Source: the human T2T-CHM13v2.0 reference genome, Homo sapiens. Taken from it: a stretch of 64,000 nt of DNA. Both the position numbers and the translations under genes were made by a program. The stretch lies in the NCBI RefSeq assembly GCF_009914755.1, contig NC_060930.1. One strand, written 5' to 3'. This document shows, one piece after another, positions 40,218-56,190 of this stretch. The notes beneath the pieces are model-generated. The model was given only the letters and a program-made list of their open reading frames with translations, did no database searches and had not been told where the DNA came from. Every line of letters starts with the position of its first letter. Positions within the stretch are counted from its first letter, which is position 1.

Positions 40218-41359
40218 TCGAACAAGTTTTTTAATGCTGTAAAACCTAAATTTATGCTCTTGATTTTCTTTTAGTATTGAACTGATCATTGCTACTGTGT
40301 ATTTAATTAGTTCAATCAATAGATTTTTACTAGGTTCTAATATGTAGGGCCCTATTCATGAATGAATGTAATTGCTGCCTTTGAGGCAGAGCTTCGCCAA
40401 CCTTGCATGTACATGTCCTTTCTTCTTAGAGACCCATGATTTGTAGCCCAGGTCAAAAATAAAACTCCATAGACATTAACTCAGCCCTAAGGAGACCTGG
40501 GTAGGTGCCCTGGGTACCAACGCTAAAGTTCCTTTACTCTTCCACTCCCTAGAGTTGCAATTTTCTGGTGTAAATATCATCATTGTTATTTATATTGGCC
40601 ATCGCCACTGAGCAGGTCTAATTCCAATATGCCCTGTGAGCAAGACCATGTGGATTATATACTGGAAATATGCTTATATAAAGCATTGATCTATATGGAA
40701 AACATTTACATTGGTTTTAAATGTACTGTTTGTTAGGGGGAAACCAACTCTAAGCAGTACCCAAACTGCTGAATGGAAACTAAAATATCACGACAACCTA
40801 GGGCTAAATGAAGTAATATATAAAAATATTAGTCTGATATTTAATTTTTTAAATGATAAAACATATTTCTCCTTCACACAGCTTTAATTCACAAAGACAT
40901 AGACGATGTCACCTCAGTAATCCCATAACCACTCAGCTGTAACTCTTCACACCTAAATGTCCTTCCCAGGGAAGTCAGGTGTTGCCTGCGAGTGCTGGTG
41001 ACCACTTTATGTGATACTTGCAGTTACCATGCAAAGCACTCAGGCTTGAAGCCATGTGAATTTATCCAATTTCAGGTTTCATTAAAACTTAAAGGTCAAC
41101 TTAGGTTCTATAAAAGTCACAGCTATTTACAAAGAGGCCATATATTGCAAACACTTGTTCTGGATTTGAGTTCTTGAAAGAGTGCAAGTGATATTTTGCG
41201 AGCCTTTGATTGATCCTATCAAATGTGATTTAGATAGAAAATTAAAAATTTTATAAAATTAAACAACTGATCTCTCAATCTGTATGAATTTGAAATTAAT
41301 ACAGACAGCTAGCTTGGGGTATGGTTTATTTTTTAATAATGAGGAAGAAGAGGGCATTA

Positions 41360-41850
41360 AAAAATATTCATTGAGCACACAGTAGATGTTAGGTTTTATT
41401 TTAGGCCCTTGGGGTCAAGGAACAAAATAAAAGGTATTCCTGCCCTCGTGGAGATTTTACTCCAGTGGCAGAGATAGCAAAAAAACCTTAAATAATATAA
41501 TGCCAGGTACTGATAAATACCATGGAAGGAGAAGCAGCACAAGAGTCTAGAGAATGAGCGGGCAGGGTGGCAGTGTTCATGCGTGGGTAGGGTGGTAAGG
41601 AAAGACTGCTCAGCTAAACTGACAGATGAACCCAGACCACAGTGGAGCGGGGTGAGCCACTGGGAAGAGTGCCCTGGGAAGAGGAAGAGTGACAGCCCTA
41701 AAGTAAGTTCCAGGATTGGGGGAATTCTGAGAACATCAGTAGACAATTTCTAGGTTCCTACAAAGAATGAAGAATGTTAGAAAATGAGGTCTGAAAAGTC
41801 ACAAGGGCCAGATAATGGAAGTTCTTGAGGCCGTGTTACAGACACTACAC
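41360..41850 (-). mobile_element. L2 3' relic
   Basis: tattcattgagcac...cctgccctcgtggagattttactccagtgg...aagggccagataatgg. Confidence 0.6.
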
Positions 41851-42029
41851 TATCTGTTATGTATTAATATTCCATCTGGGAAGAAAGGAAGGTATATGCA
41901 ACTGTTTCCTCTTATTTTTTAATAATAATATTAAAATAGGTTAACTATTTAAATGGGTTTGATGCACACACAAGAACATATGTAGCATGCAGGTAAGCAT
42001 ATTAAACAGCTCTGGTCTCCAGTCTCATA

Positions 42030-42469
42030 GTCGCTGAGTTTCATTTTCCTCCAGTTATTCCTTCCACAACCATCTTGACTTAGCTTCTCACCTTGGGACT
42101 CGGGCTTCTCTGAAGTTACTACCTGGGAGGGATGTGGGAAGCGACCTGGCATTCATTCCTGCCCAGCCTGGAAGTGGGAAGAGTGAATAACCCATGGGGC
42201 AGCCTTGACCAAGGGAGACAAAAACTAATGATGAATGCATCTCTCGTCCCCATCAGCTAAAATTCCGAAGCATATTCTATTTGATTCCACAGGAGGTCCT
42301 GGCAGATTTGAGCACCAGCTGTCTTCAATAACTATTGGCCTTCCCCTTTCCCTGTTTTTCTCTCTCCAAAACCCCAATCCTCTTTTCTGAAATCATTTCT
42401 CAAGGCAAACTACATGCATGCCAGCCCTTATCTCAGGCTCTATTTTCCTGGGGAACCTCGGCTAAAGCA
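42030..42469 (+). mobile_element. LTR16-like ERVL LTR relic
   Basis: Ends cccttatctcaggctctattttcctggggaacctcggctaaagca, similar to the LTR16 terminus. Confidence 0.6.
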
Positions 42470-42996
42470 GTAAGTTAAGGGTTTGAAATGTATTTATATG
42501 AAACGCAACATCCCAACTACACCACCCAACCAGGAGCTAATATACTACCAAGAACTTGAGGCTATCTGTGTGCTCCTCCCATCCCAGTCCTCTGTCTTCC
42601 ACAGTCCTTACTCTCTCTCCCAACCCAGCCAGGGAACCACAGTCAGAAGCTTTAGTTTTATCACTCCCTTACTTTAATGCTTTTAAGTTTTATCACGTAT
42701 GTATATATTGCAAATAATATATTGTTTAGCTTCTGAATGTCTTTGAATTTTAAAAAATGGCATCACAATAAACATAGTTATATGCAACTTATTTTTTTAC
42801 TCTATGTTTCTAAGTGTATCTCTGTTATGGGAAGTTGCAGTTTCATTTCTGCATAGTTTACCTATCATAATTTGTTCATTTAGTCTCTCATCAATAGGTA
42901 TTTAGGTTTTTCCATTGTTTTGCTATTTTGAAGAATATTACTGTGAATATTCTCATCTATAGATCCTAGTGCACACATGTAAGAGATTCTTTAGGC

Positions 42997-43328
42997 TTGT
43001 ACTGTCCACTACAGTACAGTGGTGCCTTGCCACATGTGGCTATTGAGCATTTGAAATGTGGTGAGGCCAAACTGAGACACGCTGTGAAGTGCAACTGTGT
43101 GCCAGATTTTGAAGATTTAGTACAAAAAAAAAATTAAAATATTTTTTGAATCATTTAAAAATATTGATTACATGTTGAAATGCTATTGGTTTGGATATAT
43201 TGGGTTAGATAAAATGTATTATTAAAATTAATTTCACCTGTTTCTTTTTACTTTTTAAAATGTAGCTACCAGCAACTTCAAAAATGATATATTTGGCTTG
43301 CATTCTATTTCTACCAGACAGCACTGGT
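42997..43328. mobile_element. MER33-like hAT-Charlie MITE
   Basis: gccacatgtggctattgagcatttgaaatgtgg...attaaaattaatttcacctgtttctttttactttt...gacagcactg; ~330 bp. Confidence 0.8.
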
Positions 43329-44649
43329 CTAGGAAATTGATACTCAAAGTGTTTCTCTGCAAAATAAGATCTGCATCACCCAGAAATGCAGAATCTCTGG
43401 CCCCTCTTCAAACCGTCTCAATGCCTTGCAGCAAAACAGAGTTTACAAAGCAAAAAAGGACAAAGGAAAGGAAGGTAAAAGAATGGAAATGACATAGAAT
43501 CCAGGAAACAGGAAAGAAAATGTAGTGTATAGAATTACTGATTTGGGTCAAAGTAGGATATAGAGCCTTAGATGAAGGTCTCAGAAAAAATAAAATACTT
43601 GATTAAATGAATAGGTTGATTTAAAAAAAAAAAGAGGATGTATTTATTATAAATAGTATATTTAAAGGAATAATGAGAAACTTTGAGGGACAAGAATATG
43701 GCAGAAGAAGGGATGAAATCATAGTCACTCCTGGGTCTTTAATAAAAAATATTTGTCCACAATTATGAAAAGAATGGTCAAGAGGAGGTGGTGCTCATAT
43801 TTCATAGTGTGGAGCATGAAAGAGACCATCTGTACTTGAAGAAACATAAAATATGAAGTTAATGTATTACCTACAGATACAAAACAACATTTTCAAAAAT
43901 AAACTAAAACGTAAGAAAAAGATATAGCCCACGTATGAGAGGAGGGGAGCTGGAGGTCTAGCAAAAAGGAAATAACTTCTCATCTGTTGTGGTAAAAGAC
44001 AGTCAGTGACTAAAATGGTGGGTGGAGAACTAGACAGATATTTTCCAAAAGAAAGACCTAAAAAGATGAAAGTGCTTATTTGTGTGGAATAGGTCTAGAG
44101 TAGGAAAAGGATAAGGGACTCACTGCTTGTAATTCATTTGTATAGATTCCTTCATAAAAATAAAATATAAAAATTTATAAAATACATATACAATACTTAG
44201 GTGTTTAGAGTTTTATACTATATATAGAAATATAGTTATATTTCACAGTAGTCAATTACTATATTCACTTCTTTTTGATGACATGTATTTATAGTTTTTC
44301 TGAGATTGCCCCTTTTTATTTTTTATGAGACATACTTTTGCTTTGTTTATTTTTGTAATGTATATATGAATACACCACTTTCCATCTTAAAAGTTTGAAG
44401 GTATTTTGATGTTCTCTGTAGGTAGGTTATTGATCTTTAATACAGTAAAAAAATTCTCCATATTAAATATTGTTTTCTTGCATCAGAGGACCCTAGAAAA
44501 TTCTTAAGGTATAACTTGAACAATATTATGGGATTTATGTCAAAATAGCATTGAAAGATAACATAAAGACACACAGTGAAATAAATTTTCTGGGAAAAGA
44601 ATGGAGCTGTGCTTGGACGAATGTGATGAGAAAAGAGATGTTTAATTAA

Positions 44650-44983
<334 letters not shown>

Positions 44984-46813
44984 GAGAAATTATTTTAAAG
45001 ATTAGAAACGCCTCATAGTTTCTATCATTTTTGCGATGCGAATTTGCAGTGTTTTAATTATTCTTTTATTTTTTTCTAATGTTTGATGAATGCCAGCCCT
45101 ACCCAAATACACAGCCTAAGATCTTCATATATCAGTAAGACAAAACTTTGCTTGCAAAATTCTTGTTATGAGATTTATGGCCCTGGATAATTGCTTTATT
45201 TTGGGTTAACCTGCTATTTATGCAGATTGTTTTAGTTTGATTCTACTAAAAACTGAAAAATATGGTAAGTCAAAAAAGGAATGAAAATAGTTTATTTTTG
45301 AAATCTTTATACCAAAAGGTAAGCTAAACTTTCATTCAAATCTAAATAAAAGTTTTGTTGCATTTTATGAGTCTAAATCATTGGGTATAAGTTAGTAAGC
45401 ATGCTACAGCCCAACTGTGAAGTTTGAGCTCACAGAGCACGTATCATGCCTGTGCTGGCAGCTTTTTAAGTCCAGGATACTCTTGCTGTGAATCCTGAAA
45501 ACATCTGGAACAATGGGATTCATATAAATGAAGAAAGCAATCAATTATTGCAACCTATGGAGTTATTCTTCAGTAATTAACATATGGTAATAATGTCAAC
45601 AAAACACAGCAGTGGTTGTATTCATCAAGTTTTGGATTTAGCTTAAGGTTTATAATAAAACTGTCATTTGTTTTTATTCACCAAGTGTAACAACTACAAG
45701 TCATAGATGTCTTTGGATTTTGGAACACTTCTTTTCAGACAACTTTTGATTTTACTGCTGATTTTAACCAAAAAAGGGGAAGCACATACCTTCTAGTTTA
45801 ATCTCAATTTTAGTGCTGAGTCTATTCATGAAGCGTCCCAATTTGAGAACAATATATCTCTGGCCAATTTCTGATCAACATGAATAATTCCCGTGACTGT
45901 TTTTTTCTGGAATGAGATCCTTTAGTCATACAATAGAATTTTAAAGATAAATGAATGCTGTCATGTAATTTATACAAATTCTCTCTCGTTATTTTTTAGA
46001 AGACTAATCTAAAACAGAAAACTTAAGAAAGTTGCTAATCATCATAGAACCAATGGTCTGAAAGTTTCCAACATGCTTGTCTGACTGATAAAGTATCTGT
46101 ACTTATCTTTCTGCTTAAGAGCTTTAGGCAAATTCTGATTCTGAAAGCAGACACATATATCAACTGAGAAAAAAATGCCCAGGTTTTCAATCCAAGGAAT
46201 TGAGGGACTACTGAATCATCCATAAACTGACTTGCTGGTTAAGAGATGAGGCATTCATTGACTATCTGGTTCTTTTCAGCCAGGTACATAGCTCCTGATA
46301 GATCTAGTTTGTAAAACAATAGACACCTTAGTCTGGGGAAAACAGCTGCAATGGACAGTATTCTACTTTGTTTAAAATGTTCAAATTATACATGAATGAA
46401 AAGACAATATTTTCTTTTTCAAAATAAGCTATACAACAATTACTATTCCAGAGCATTCTATATTAATATGAGTCTGTCGATTTTTTTCAGGAATTTTCAT
46501 TTGTTAATTAGAAGCAGGACATAGGCTGTGGTGATTAATATTTCTGCATTTCTTTTAAAATTGACTTGTACAGTCTTTGCCTATAATCTTTTGGCTCAGT
46601 TCACCAATCAATTAAATACACACTGTTTTTCTATTTCTGAATGTCTTAAAATCATGTATAAAGCCTAAATTATTTCAAATTTTAGAATAAGAATAAACTT
46701 TAAATCTAAATGTCCCATTAGCTATCAGAAATTCAACAAATAAAAAATTTGCTTAGAATTAATTTATTCTTTTTAAACTTGTTTCCTTTGAATTTAAAAA
46801 GATATTTAATGCT

Positions 46814-47130
<317 letters not shown>

Positions 47131-48913
47131 CTAATAAAACATAATGATGCATATGCTATTATAGGTATGTGAAATTTGCCTTTTTATTCTTTCCAAAGAT
47201 AAATTAATATCTCATCCTGATGTTACAAAACAAAATTATTTTTATTTATAGCTATTCTCTGATTTTTTAGTATAAAAATGACAAATATAAAGAAAAAATT
47301 ATTGAACCAACCACATTGGATAAATGTGGTGGGCATAATCAAAGGAAAGTGAAGCTTTAGAAATTGATCAAATTCTATTTAAATTGTGACATTTCTTCAA
47401 ACGGAAAAACATAAAATTCTCCCAACAAGATCATATAGTTACAGAAAGTGCTTCTGATTTCTCTCCCTGTCTTTCTCAATGCCTCTCTCTCTCAATCTCT
47501 CTTTCTCAATCTCTTCCCCACCATTCTTTGGTTTCCTTGTTCACCAAATTGCTCATAGATTCAACTAGAACTTTCTTTTTTTCTCCTAGCAGAGATAAAC
47601 TCTTATCTCAGGCTGATTTTTCCACAAGGACAACCTTGGTGTCTTTAGGCATGTAATTGACTCCAGGCCTGCTCTAAAACCTATTGCAAGATAGGATTTT
47701 TGTTTGTTTGTTTGTTTTAACCATGCACTATATCCTTCTTTCTTCATCCTCTGTGACTAATTGAAGGCATCAAATCCTTTTTCATGAAGCTCCTGCTTAT
47801 GCCCTGCACTTGGTTTATTCCCTCCAAAGCTTGGGTTTGTTTTTCTCTTTCTAGATTGTGGAGTGTAATAAAACACTTGAGGTATTATAACAGCAGTATA
47901 AAGTAATAAGCCAGGAAACGAACTTGGAGGTCTATATTCTTTATAAAAATATGACTTTTAAATAAACATATTATATTGAGTTGTGTCAATAGTAATAAAC
48001 ATGACAAGCTAAGAAGAAGTTGATATTTACAAGCTCATTGAAAGTACCGAGAAGCCATACAAAATTACAGACACACTTCCTAATTATAGCCACACTTCCT
48101 ATTAAATGACTAAAAAAACTATTATATTTTAAATTAATATATATGCTATTGTTCAATATTTACTTAATTCTTTAAATTGAAACTTGTAAAATCAATGCTG
48201 TTTAAGTTAGAGAACCTCAATATTTGAAAATAGCAGGAGGGAAAAAAGGTAATTTTAAACACTGAGGAAAGCCTCTTTTTAGACAGAGAGAAAAGGATAA
48301 TTACAGAGATGGAGACTCTGGCCCTCAAGCAGATTACAGACTAGCCTGAAAGACATATAAGCCTATAAACAGTAGCAGATGGACGAAGGCAGTGTAGGAC
48401 GGAAGAAAGAAGTAAGGGAAAATGACAGTCCCAAACCAAGCATTCAGCATTGAAGAGAGCACACAGGAGAGTTTGACAGAACCTCAAGCCACACTGGCAC
48501 TTAAAAAGAAATCTTGAGAGACCCATGGAAGAAGGAGACTAAATCCTTGGGTAGGGCAAAAACAGAAGCCTAGTGTGAGAGAGAGCCAGGGAGAGACCAT
48601 ATAGGGTATGAGCCCAATACAAAGTTTTCCTTCTGCCTTATTATAACCCCCTTTCTCTGTGTTGCCTTGGTGGAAGTTAACCCAAAAGTTTCTAGTTGGG
48701 TGTCTGAGCAGGGCAGCACCCTCTCCACTACATTTGCAAAAGTTGCCTGGAGCTTGTCAGGTAGGTCCAGAACTGAGGCTCTTCATAGTCCACAAATAGC
48801 TCTCCATGTGTAGGAAGCTCCCAAAACTTCCCAGGAAGAGCAGAGCCCAGGCCCAGGCTTTTGTTCCTCATGTTAGGTAAGCATTGTGAACCAGGGAAGC
48901 TGACATTTGTAAT

Positions 48914-49092
48914 ACAGTGGTTCTCAACTCTGGCTACACATAACAATTCCCAGGGGTGGGGGGACTTTTTAAAAAATACCAATTCCTAGAACACCAATTA
49001 AATTAGAATGCCTTAAAGTGGCACACCGGCATTGACATTTTTAAAATATTCTCTCAATAATAACAACATACAGTGAGATTATAGAATCATTG
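48914..49092. mobile_element. MER5A-like MITE
   Basis: cagtggttctcaactctggc...gaatcattgg. Confidence 0.65.
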
Positions 49093-49376
49093 GTCCTAAG
49101 GCATTTATAGAAAAACAGGAAAGCTATCTAAGAAAGATAAAAAAGGGAATAAGACCACAGATAGAAAGGAAATAGCAAACTGTTTCCAAATTAGTAGTGC
49201 ACTAAGTTGAAGAGCATTCTGCTCGTGTAGAATGCTTTCTAGAATTGTGTAGAATTGCTCTGACGAGGACCAATTCAAGAGCTACCATCAGGGTGGCCTC
49301 AGAAAGATGTCACAAACTTCATAAACTTCAGCTGGGATTTGCTATCTGGCCATGGGACTCAGAATGCTCAGAGTTA

Positions 49377-49415
49377 CACAGACACACACAAACACACACA
49401 CACACACACACGCAC
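49377..49415. repeat. (CA)n microsatellite
   Basis: Direct reading of the sequence. Confidence 0.9.
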
Positions 49416-49429
49416 AAAAGAAAATACAA

Positions 49430-50540
49430 AATAAGATGGCCAACATAAAAATACAGTTAACAAATGGGTAAGAATAAATTTAATATAAATGAAAGAATCA
49501 AAAGATAGAAGTTTTCAGATTTGTTTAAAAAGCCACAGTACACCATTTGCAAGAAAAATATTTAAAACATCAGGAAACAGAAAGTATAAAAGTCAAAGAA
49601 TAAAAACATATATCAGAAGCAGCAATTTTAAAAGTTAATGTGACAATCTTAATGTTAAATAAAGTAGACTTTAAAGTAAAAAACATCATAAGGGACCATA
49701 AGAATAATACAAATAATTAAAAGGTATAATATATCAAAGACATATAATAACCACTTACTAATGTAGACTCAATTCTGATTGAATTGATCAGGAAGATGAT
49801 CGAAGCATCCTTATCTTTTAAAAGCTGCCCGAATAACTTATTTTCAAGTAGACTGAGAATCACTACTTTACACAATCTTTAATCAATAAATAAAACATAG
49901 TAGAAAATTCAATACCATTTACATAAAACAAAAATCTATAAATTATCTAGAAATTAGTCTCACTGAGAATGCACATAGCCTTTAGGGCCAAAATTTAAAA
50001 TTCTGTTAGAAGTTAATTAAAGAAGACCTGAAGAAAATCAAGTGATAAGTTAATGGATGAGACAACTTAGCATTATAATGTAACACTACAAATTTCCCTA
50101 CAAATTAATCTGTGCATTAAATGTAATAACAAAGAAATATCTAGCCAAACCTTTGGAGGAACTTGTGAAACTAATTCTTAAGTGTGGAAGAATAACATTC
50201 TTAAATTGATACAATCATTTCTATAAAGAGAGCAAAGGAGAACGTGTCTCTACCAGACATGAAGACATATTGCTAAGTCATAGTGATACTGCTGAAGGAA
50301 TGGGAAAAAAATAATAGAACAATAGAAAAAAATACCATACAAAATAATTTTAGCTAATACATACAAAAGAAATTATGGAATTAAAAAATTATTTTCAAAT
50401 CCCCCCCAAAAAATGTTTCAATAATGTTTCAGACAATGGTCATTATTATGAAGATCATTAGGTGAAATGTTGATGTGAACTTTACAATGAATGGAAAAAG
50501 CTGATACCATCTTAAAAAAAAAAGGAATAAATGAAATCTT
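49430..50540 (+). mobile_element. Highly decayed L1ME-like ORF2 fragments
   Basis: A-rich strand bias; aaagtagactttaaagtaaaaaacat and aaattaatctgtgcattaaatgtaat resemble L1 ORF2. Confidence 0.5.
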
Positions 50541-53500
50541 GATAATACTTATTTTGACAGTTTCTAACTACATTTTTTCTACTGACTGTATTCATTCATA
50601 TATTCCACAAGTGTTTTTAAGAGCACTTACTATTGTGTCAAGCATGGTGCCAAGCCCTTACCTAGCAACAAACAACAGTAAAATTATTTGGTTTCAAAGC
50701 TTAAGAGTAAGGTTTTTATTTTTGTTTTTGTTTTCCAGAAAAGACTTCCAATTCACAATTCAGACTTTTGACAAAATACCTGAAAGAAATACTCAGAGTT
50801 CTCTTTAATCTGCCACGTCACGCATTGATGCATATACCTTTTTCTATGGTATTGGTATTTCTTTCCTAATCCTTCCAGATACTCCCCAAAAGGAAGACTG
50901 TTTATTTCCTTTTTTTCCCCAAATTACCATTCTTTCTTCCAGGCCTAGTGCCTTCTACTTTAGCAACACTTTCTGTGTTTTAAACTTTTCCAGTATATAA
51001 AAATGTATACCCTAGGGCTTCTGAGGCTGCACAGTGAGAAACAAGATACATTCCACAGTGCATGACAAGGGAGCCCAGGAAGTCTGGCAGCATTTGCTGG
51101 AGAAACATCAGGAAATATTTTCCTGTCTTGGAGTCTCATATTGGTACGTGTGTCTCAAATTAAATTCATCATTTTTAGTAAGGTAAGAATATTATTTGTA
51201 TTAAAAAAAAAAGGTGAAAATAACTGACCAAATTTAAATTTGGATTTCTTTGGGAGTTATTATACAAGGCATAATTTTATGGTAGGGAAATATTTAAAGG
51301 TTGCTGTAGTTGGCAAAAAAGTAAGAAATGGACATGGAATCAAATTCATGGGACATGACACTTAATGAAACCTCTAATTGGTTATAAAATTTGAAGCCCA
51401 AGTCACAAGGGATAAAATGATATATTCTCAGCAAATTGTGAAATGGATCTCAGCTCCCTGATCTGAAAAAGGGGTCAATGCTGAGTAGTTATTGCTGTTG
51501 TTGTTGTTTTAAACCAAAGGACATAGCTGAGTTTTACACAAAATGGGCTTGGTTTTTAAGATGAGATTTCAGCTTAGGGCATCATGTGTCTTTTTCCTAA
51601 ATTCCTTAGGCAGGCCCAGTGGCATCGTAAATTTAATGTACTGAAACTGGAGCTTTCTCATGCAGAAAAGCAGGCCAGGATATGTCAGCTCACCAAAAAA
51701 GCATATTATTCTTGGAGTTATAAAATGTTTGTTCTATAGCTACAATCATATTAAAATTTCTTTCAGTTTGAAGTGTTCCTAGTTGGATATGTAATGAAGC
51801 TCTGCAGTCTTAGCAGACACTAAGTAACTTCTAGATTCCCTTGGACCTGGATGTTAGTACGACTTGGTCCTGTTTTTCTTCACCTTTGATAGGTGTCTGG
51901 GGATGAGGTTATGACTCTACTAATTGATATGATTGTATGTATAAATTCTTCAGTAATCTGAAGGTAACATTTGGCAAAAGCTTATCTACAGTGATAGGAA
52001 ATTGTATTATTATGCCATTAAAATACAATTCGAAAATATGTTCCAGATAAATGCCATATTACTAGTGATCCTGAAAGAAAGATCAGGATGATGGCATTTA
52101 CATGAGAAAGAAAAGAAAAACATGTAACAGTAAAATGAAGGCTCAGTCTCAGAGATCAGAGGCTTAAAGAAAAAGATACATTAAAATCTGCAAAGGAAAG
52201 AGAAGCCTCTTTTCTGCCTAATCTTCCAATATAACACCCAGCTAAGACCACCTTATTGATTGAAACCAACTTCATCAACTCTTCCATTAAAGCTAGACTG
52301 GACTTAATGCAGTGAATGAGACTGTCTATATGACAAGTCCATTTCCTCACATAACTGTGTAATGGATAAACCTGAGAAACAGACATAGGTATGGAGTGTC
52401 TCTAAGGAATGCTAAGGATCTGAGATTTGAAGAATTTCCATGCACACATGAACCTATGCAGCACATGAACTGATTAGTGCTAAGAGTAACTCAGGACAAA
52501 TGTTACAAATGTCAACAGTGTGGACACTATTGAGCTTGATCTTAAATAAAGATGCCCAGAATTCCTATCACAAACATTTTTCAGAACATGTACAACATGA
52601 AGGGGCTGCTACATGATTACAGAGGTTTTTGGTTTTGACTCTAAGTAACCTCATGTCCCTTCCTTCAGTTTTCTCTGATGGCAGCTCACATAGCAGCATA
52701 CAATTGCAAAATTTATTATTTCAGAAGTATGACTGGTTTCTTCAAAATTGGCATGAAGTCCCTAGAAGCACAGAATCACAGATACAGTGCAGACCTCAAA
52801 GAGCATTTACTACAACTTCTATTTTGGAGAGGACACTGAACTCCAGAGAGGTTAAGTGAATACTAGCTGATGACTAGGCTTCTTTGTCCTAACCTGGCAT
52901 TAGCCTACTAGAGTAGTGAAAAAGATTACCATCACTAGTCAGAAAAATAAAAAAAGATTTTAATGTTCTTCAGCTCCAAAGCTTAATATATAAGGAGGAA
53001 ATTTCCAGCAGCCCTAATACTTCCCATACTGCCCCCAAATTGCCCCAACTGTCATTCACAAGTGAATAGTCTTATTGTCTCAATCCATCTGTTTGGAGTG
53101 TGCTCTGGTTATAGAAGTAAAATACATTCAAATTCTGCAAGCTAGTTTTAAAAAATGTCCATAATTGTGGTAAATCTGAAGTAATAAATGAAGGAATTTT
53201 GACATAATCCAGCTGCCAGCACCATTGTTGCATAAGCATGCTTGATATCTTATTACATTTTTCTAGCTCCAGGAAGAAAAATGCCATCGTATTTCTAGAG
53301 TTTGTAGCTATAAAATATGAGAAAATGTTTAATCTGAAGAACAAAATGAGCTTCACGGATAATAATTATTTCACCCGACGAATTGCTTTCACAAGAACCA
53401 TAGAGTTTGGCTGAAAGCACATAATTATTAGTTGGAATTCACATAATGATTTGAGTTATAACTGAACTTTCATAACCCTAGATTTGTGTAAATAAAACAA

Positions 53501-53832
53501 ATGGTAATGAAGCCTTTGAAAAAGATAAAAAGGTTTCTAATAAAGAGCTCAGGTCTAGAAAGTGGGTCACCCACTTTTGTGGTGGTCACTATGAATTGAG
53601 TTACAGCCATCATCATGTCTATAGTACTGCTTGAACTGACCCCCTCCAGCAATCACTTGCATTCTCAGGGATCCATGGAGTCTTTGGATACGTTTTAGCT
53701 ACCCCACTTCACTTGCTAATGCTATCATCTTAGATAGGTTGTGATAAAGATGTAAGATGGGGTGAGTCGACAGAAAGATTAGTTGCAGTTGCCTAGGTAA
53801 AAATAATTAAAACAACAATATAATAATAACTC

Positions 53833-53955
53833 GGGTCATCACACATCATGGTTTTCCTGGGAAAATTTTATTTTAAGCCCTATATCCTGTATAGTTTAGC
53901 ATCTGTCCTAAGCAAACTTCTGGACAGAATTTGATCATAATTACATGGTTGCCCT
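53833..53955. mobile_element. MER94/MER81-like hAT-Blackjack MITE
   Basis: gggtcatcacacatcatggttttcctggga...catggttgcccta, TIR-like ends. Confidence 0.55.
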
Positions 53956-55105
53956 ATTATAATATTTTAGTGTTCATTTGACAATATTTTAGTGTTTATT
54001 ATGTGTCTGTAAGCATAAAGATGTGTCAACTAATTTAATCCTCTTGACAGCAAAATGAAGTATAAATTATTATGCCCATTTTACAGATAAAGAAACCAAG
54101 AAGCATAGACTTTATGTAACTTTACAAACATCACCCAGCTTTTAAGCAATGGACACAGAATTACTGGCTCCAGTTCTTTTATGTCAACTTCTTGACTACT
54201 TCACAACAAATTCACATTTCCTAGGTCTGGTAGAGTTATTCATTTAAAGTACATGGAGATAAGTTCCAGAAGCCAAATCCTAAGTTTAATAAATCACCTA
54301 TTTTTAAGTTAGGTATCAAATAGAATTTTACTGGTGCTTGTAAGAGTTTGGAAAGAGCAGATGGTTCTTTTAGCAAGTTTTGGAATATAAAAACAAGGGC
54401 CTATCCCTTACATGCTTAAGAGACAAATTATTTAGAAATGATTGAAATGCAGTTTACAAAGTTAGGAGCTACTTATGGGTCTTCTTGAAGTCAGGCATTG
54501 ATGCAAGAATTGATAGGCATAATAGATTATGCGTGAATAGGTAGGTGATGGGTTGGGTGGTACATATGTAATTTTTAAAGGTTTATATTAGGGAGGACAA
54601 TTTAAAACTCCTCAGAGCACACTAGAACCCCAAGCAGTCTCAGTGTAAGCCTAAAACAGTTGGGCAATTTTTGCCTTTTTTAATAGCTGTTGGACAAAAT
54701 CTCCTAAACCACATAAATCTTCTCAAATAGCAGTTGCTGAAAATTAAATAACATTTTTCATAAACAGTACGTACTGAAATCTGGCAATCTTTTCATTCCA
54801 GCCAGATATCCTCATTAACTAGTATTGTATTTCCTTAGGTGTACAATTACCATTCTTCATGAAGAATCACTTAAAATACCTTTGACTTCATTAAGAATTA
54901 TACTGAAAGCAATGTTATTGGTTCCCATTTCTGTGAAATTTGCTAATCTTTGAAGGTACATGTATAGTAACTGTGTCACTAAGAGTATTGAAATAATTTG
55001 AAAATTCCATTCCCCAATCTATTTATTAAAGAACATTCACTGTTTATGTGGGCAAAATGTCTAGTAACATAAAAGATTTTTTGTTTGTTTTGTTTTGGTT
55101 TGTTA

Positions 55106-55633
<528 letters not shown>

Positions 55634-56099
55634 CTAAGGAGCCTATTTCTAGGAAGCTAATGACTGTGTTTAAGGCTTCCAATGAGTAGCTGAATTACAT
55701 TGTCTGTAGAAACCAGTTAGTATTCTTTTTGGTGGGAGACACCAGAGAGTATTCTCTGCTGTATTGCCATGCTGTGTGTACTTGCCAGGGAGGTTGAACT
55801 ACACTAGACTGTATGAGCTCAGTACTCGGCTGCATAATCACTTTAAAAGTCTCTTGAAAAGCAAACTTTCAAACTCTTTATCTTTTGACTAAAAAGATAA
55901 TCTCTGGGTAGCTCCAATTAAGTTTGTGTAATATAATCTTTATGCTAAAAAATAATGGTTTTATGACAGTTCTTTTTTTAGTAATTCATAATTTGTAAAA
56001 TTCCTGTGGGCTTAGCTATTTTAAGAATGACTGCTAAAACTATATATCTAAATTTCAGTTTAAAAGATTTCTTATTTTTATTTCTCAAGAGTAATAATA

Positions 56100-56190
56100 C
56101 CAAATGCACACATATATCACCACCACACACATACACATTTACATATATATGTGTATGTATATGTGTGTGGATATATGTATATGTATACAC
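56100..56190. repeat. (CA)n/(TA)n/(TG)n compound microsatellite
   Basis: Direct reading of the sequence. Confidence 0.85.

Noticed and set aside
40860-41200. Possible exon after the acceptor-like ttctccttcacacag
   Set aside because: No convincing reading frame or donor pairing and no recognisable protein; such motifs arise by chance.
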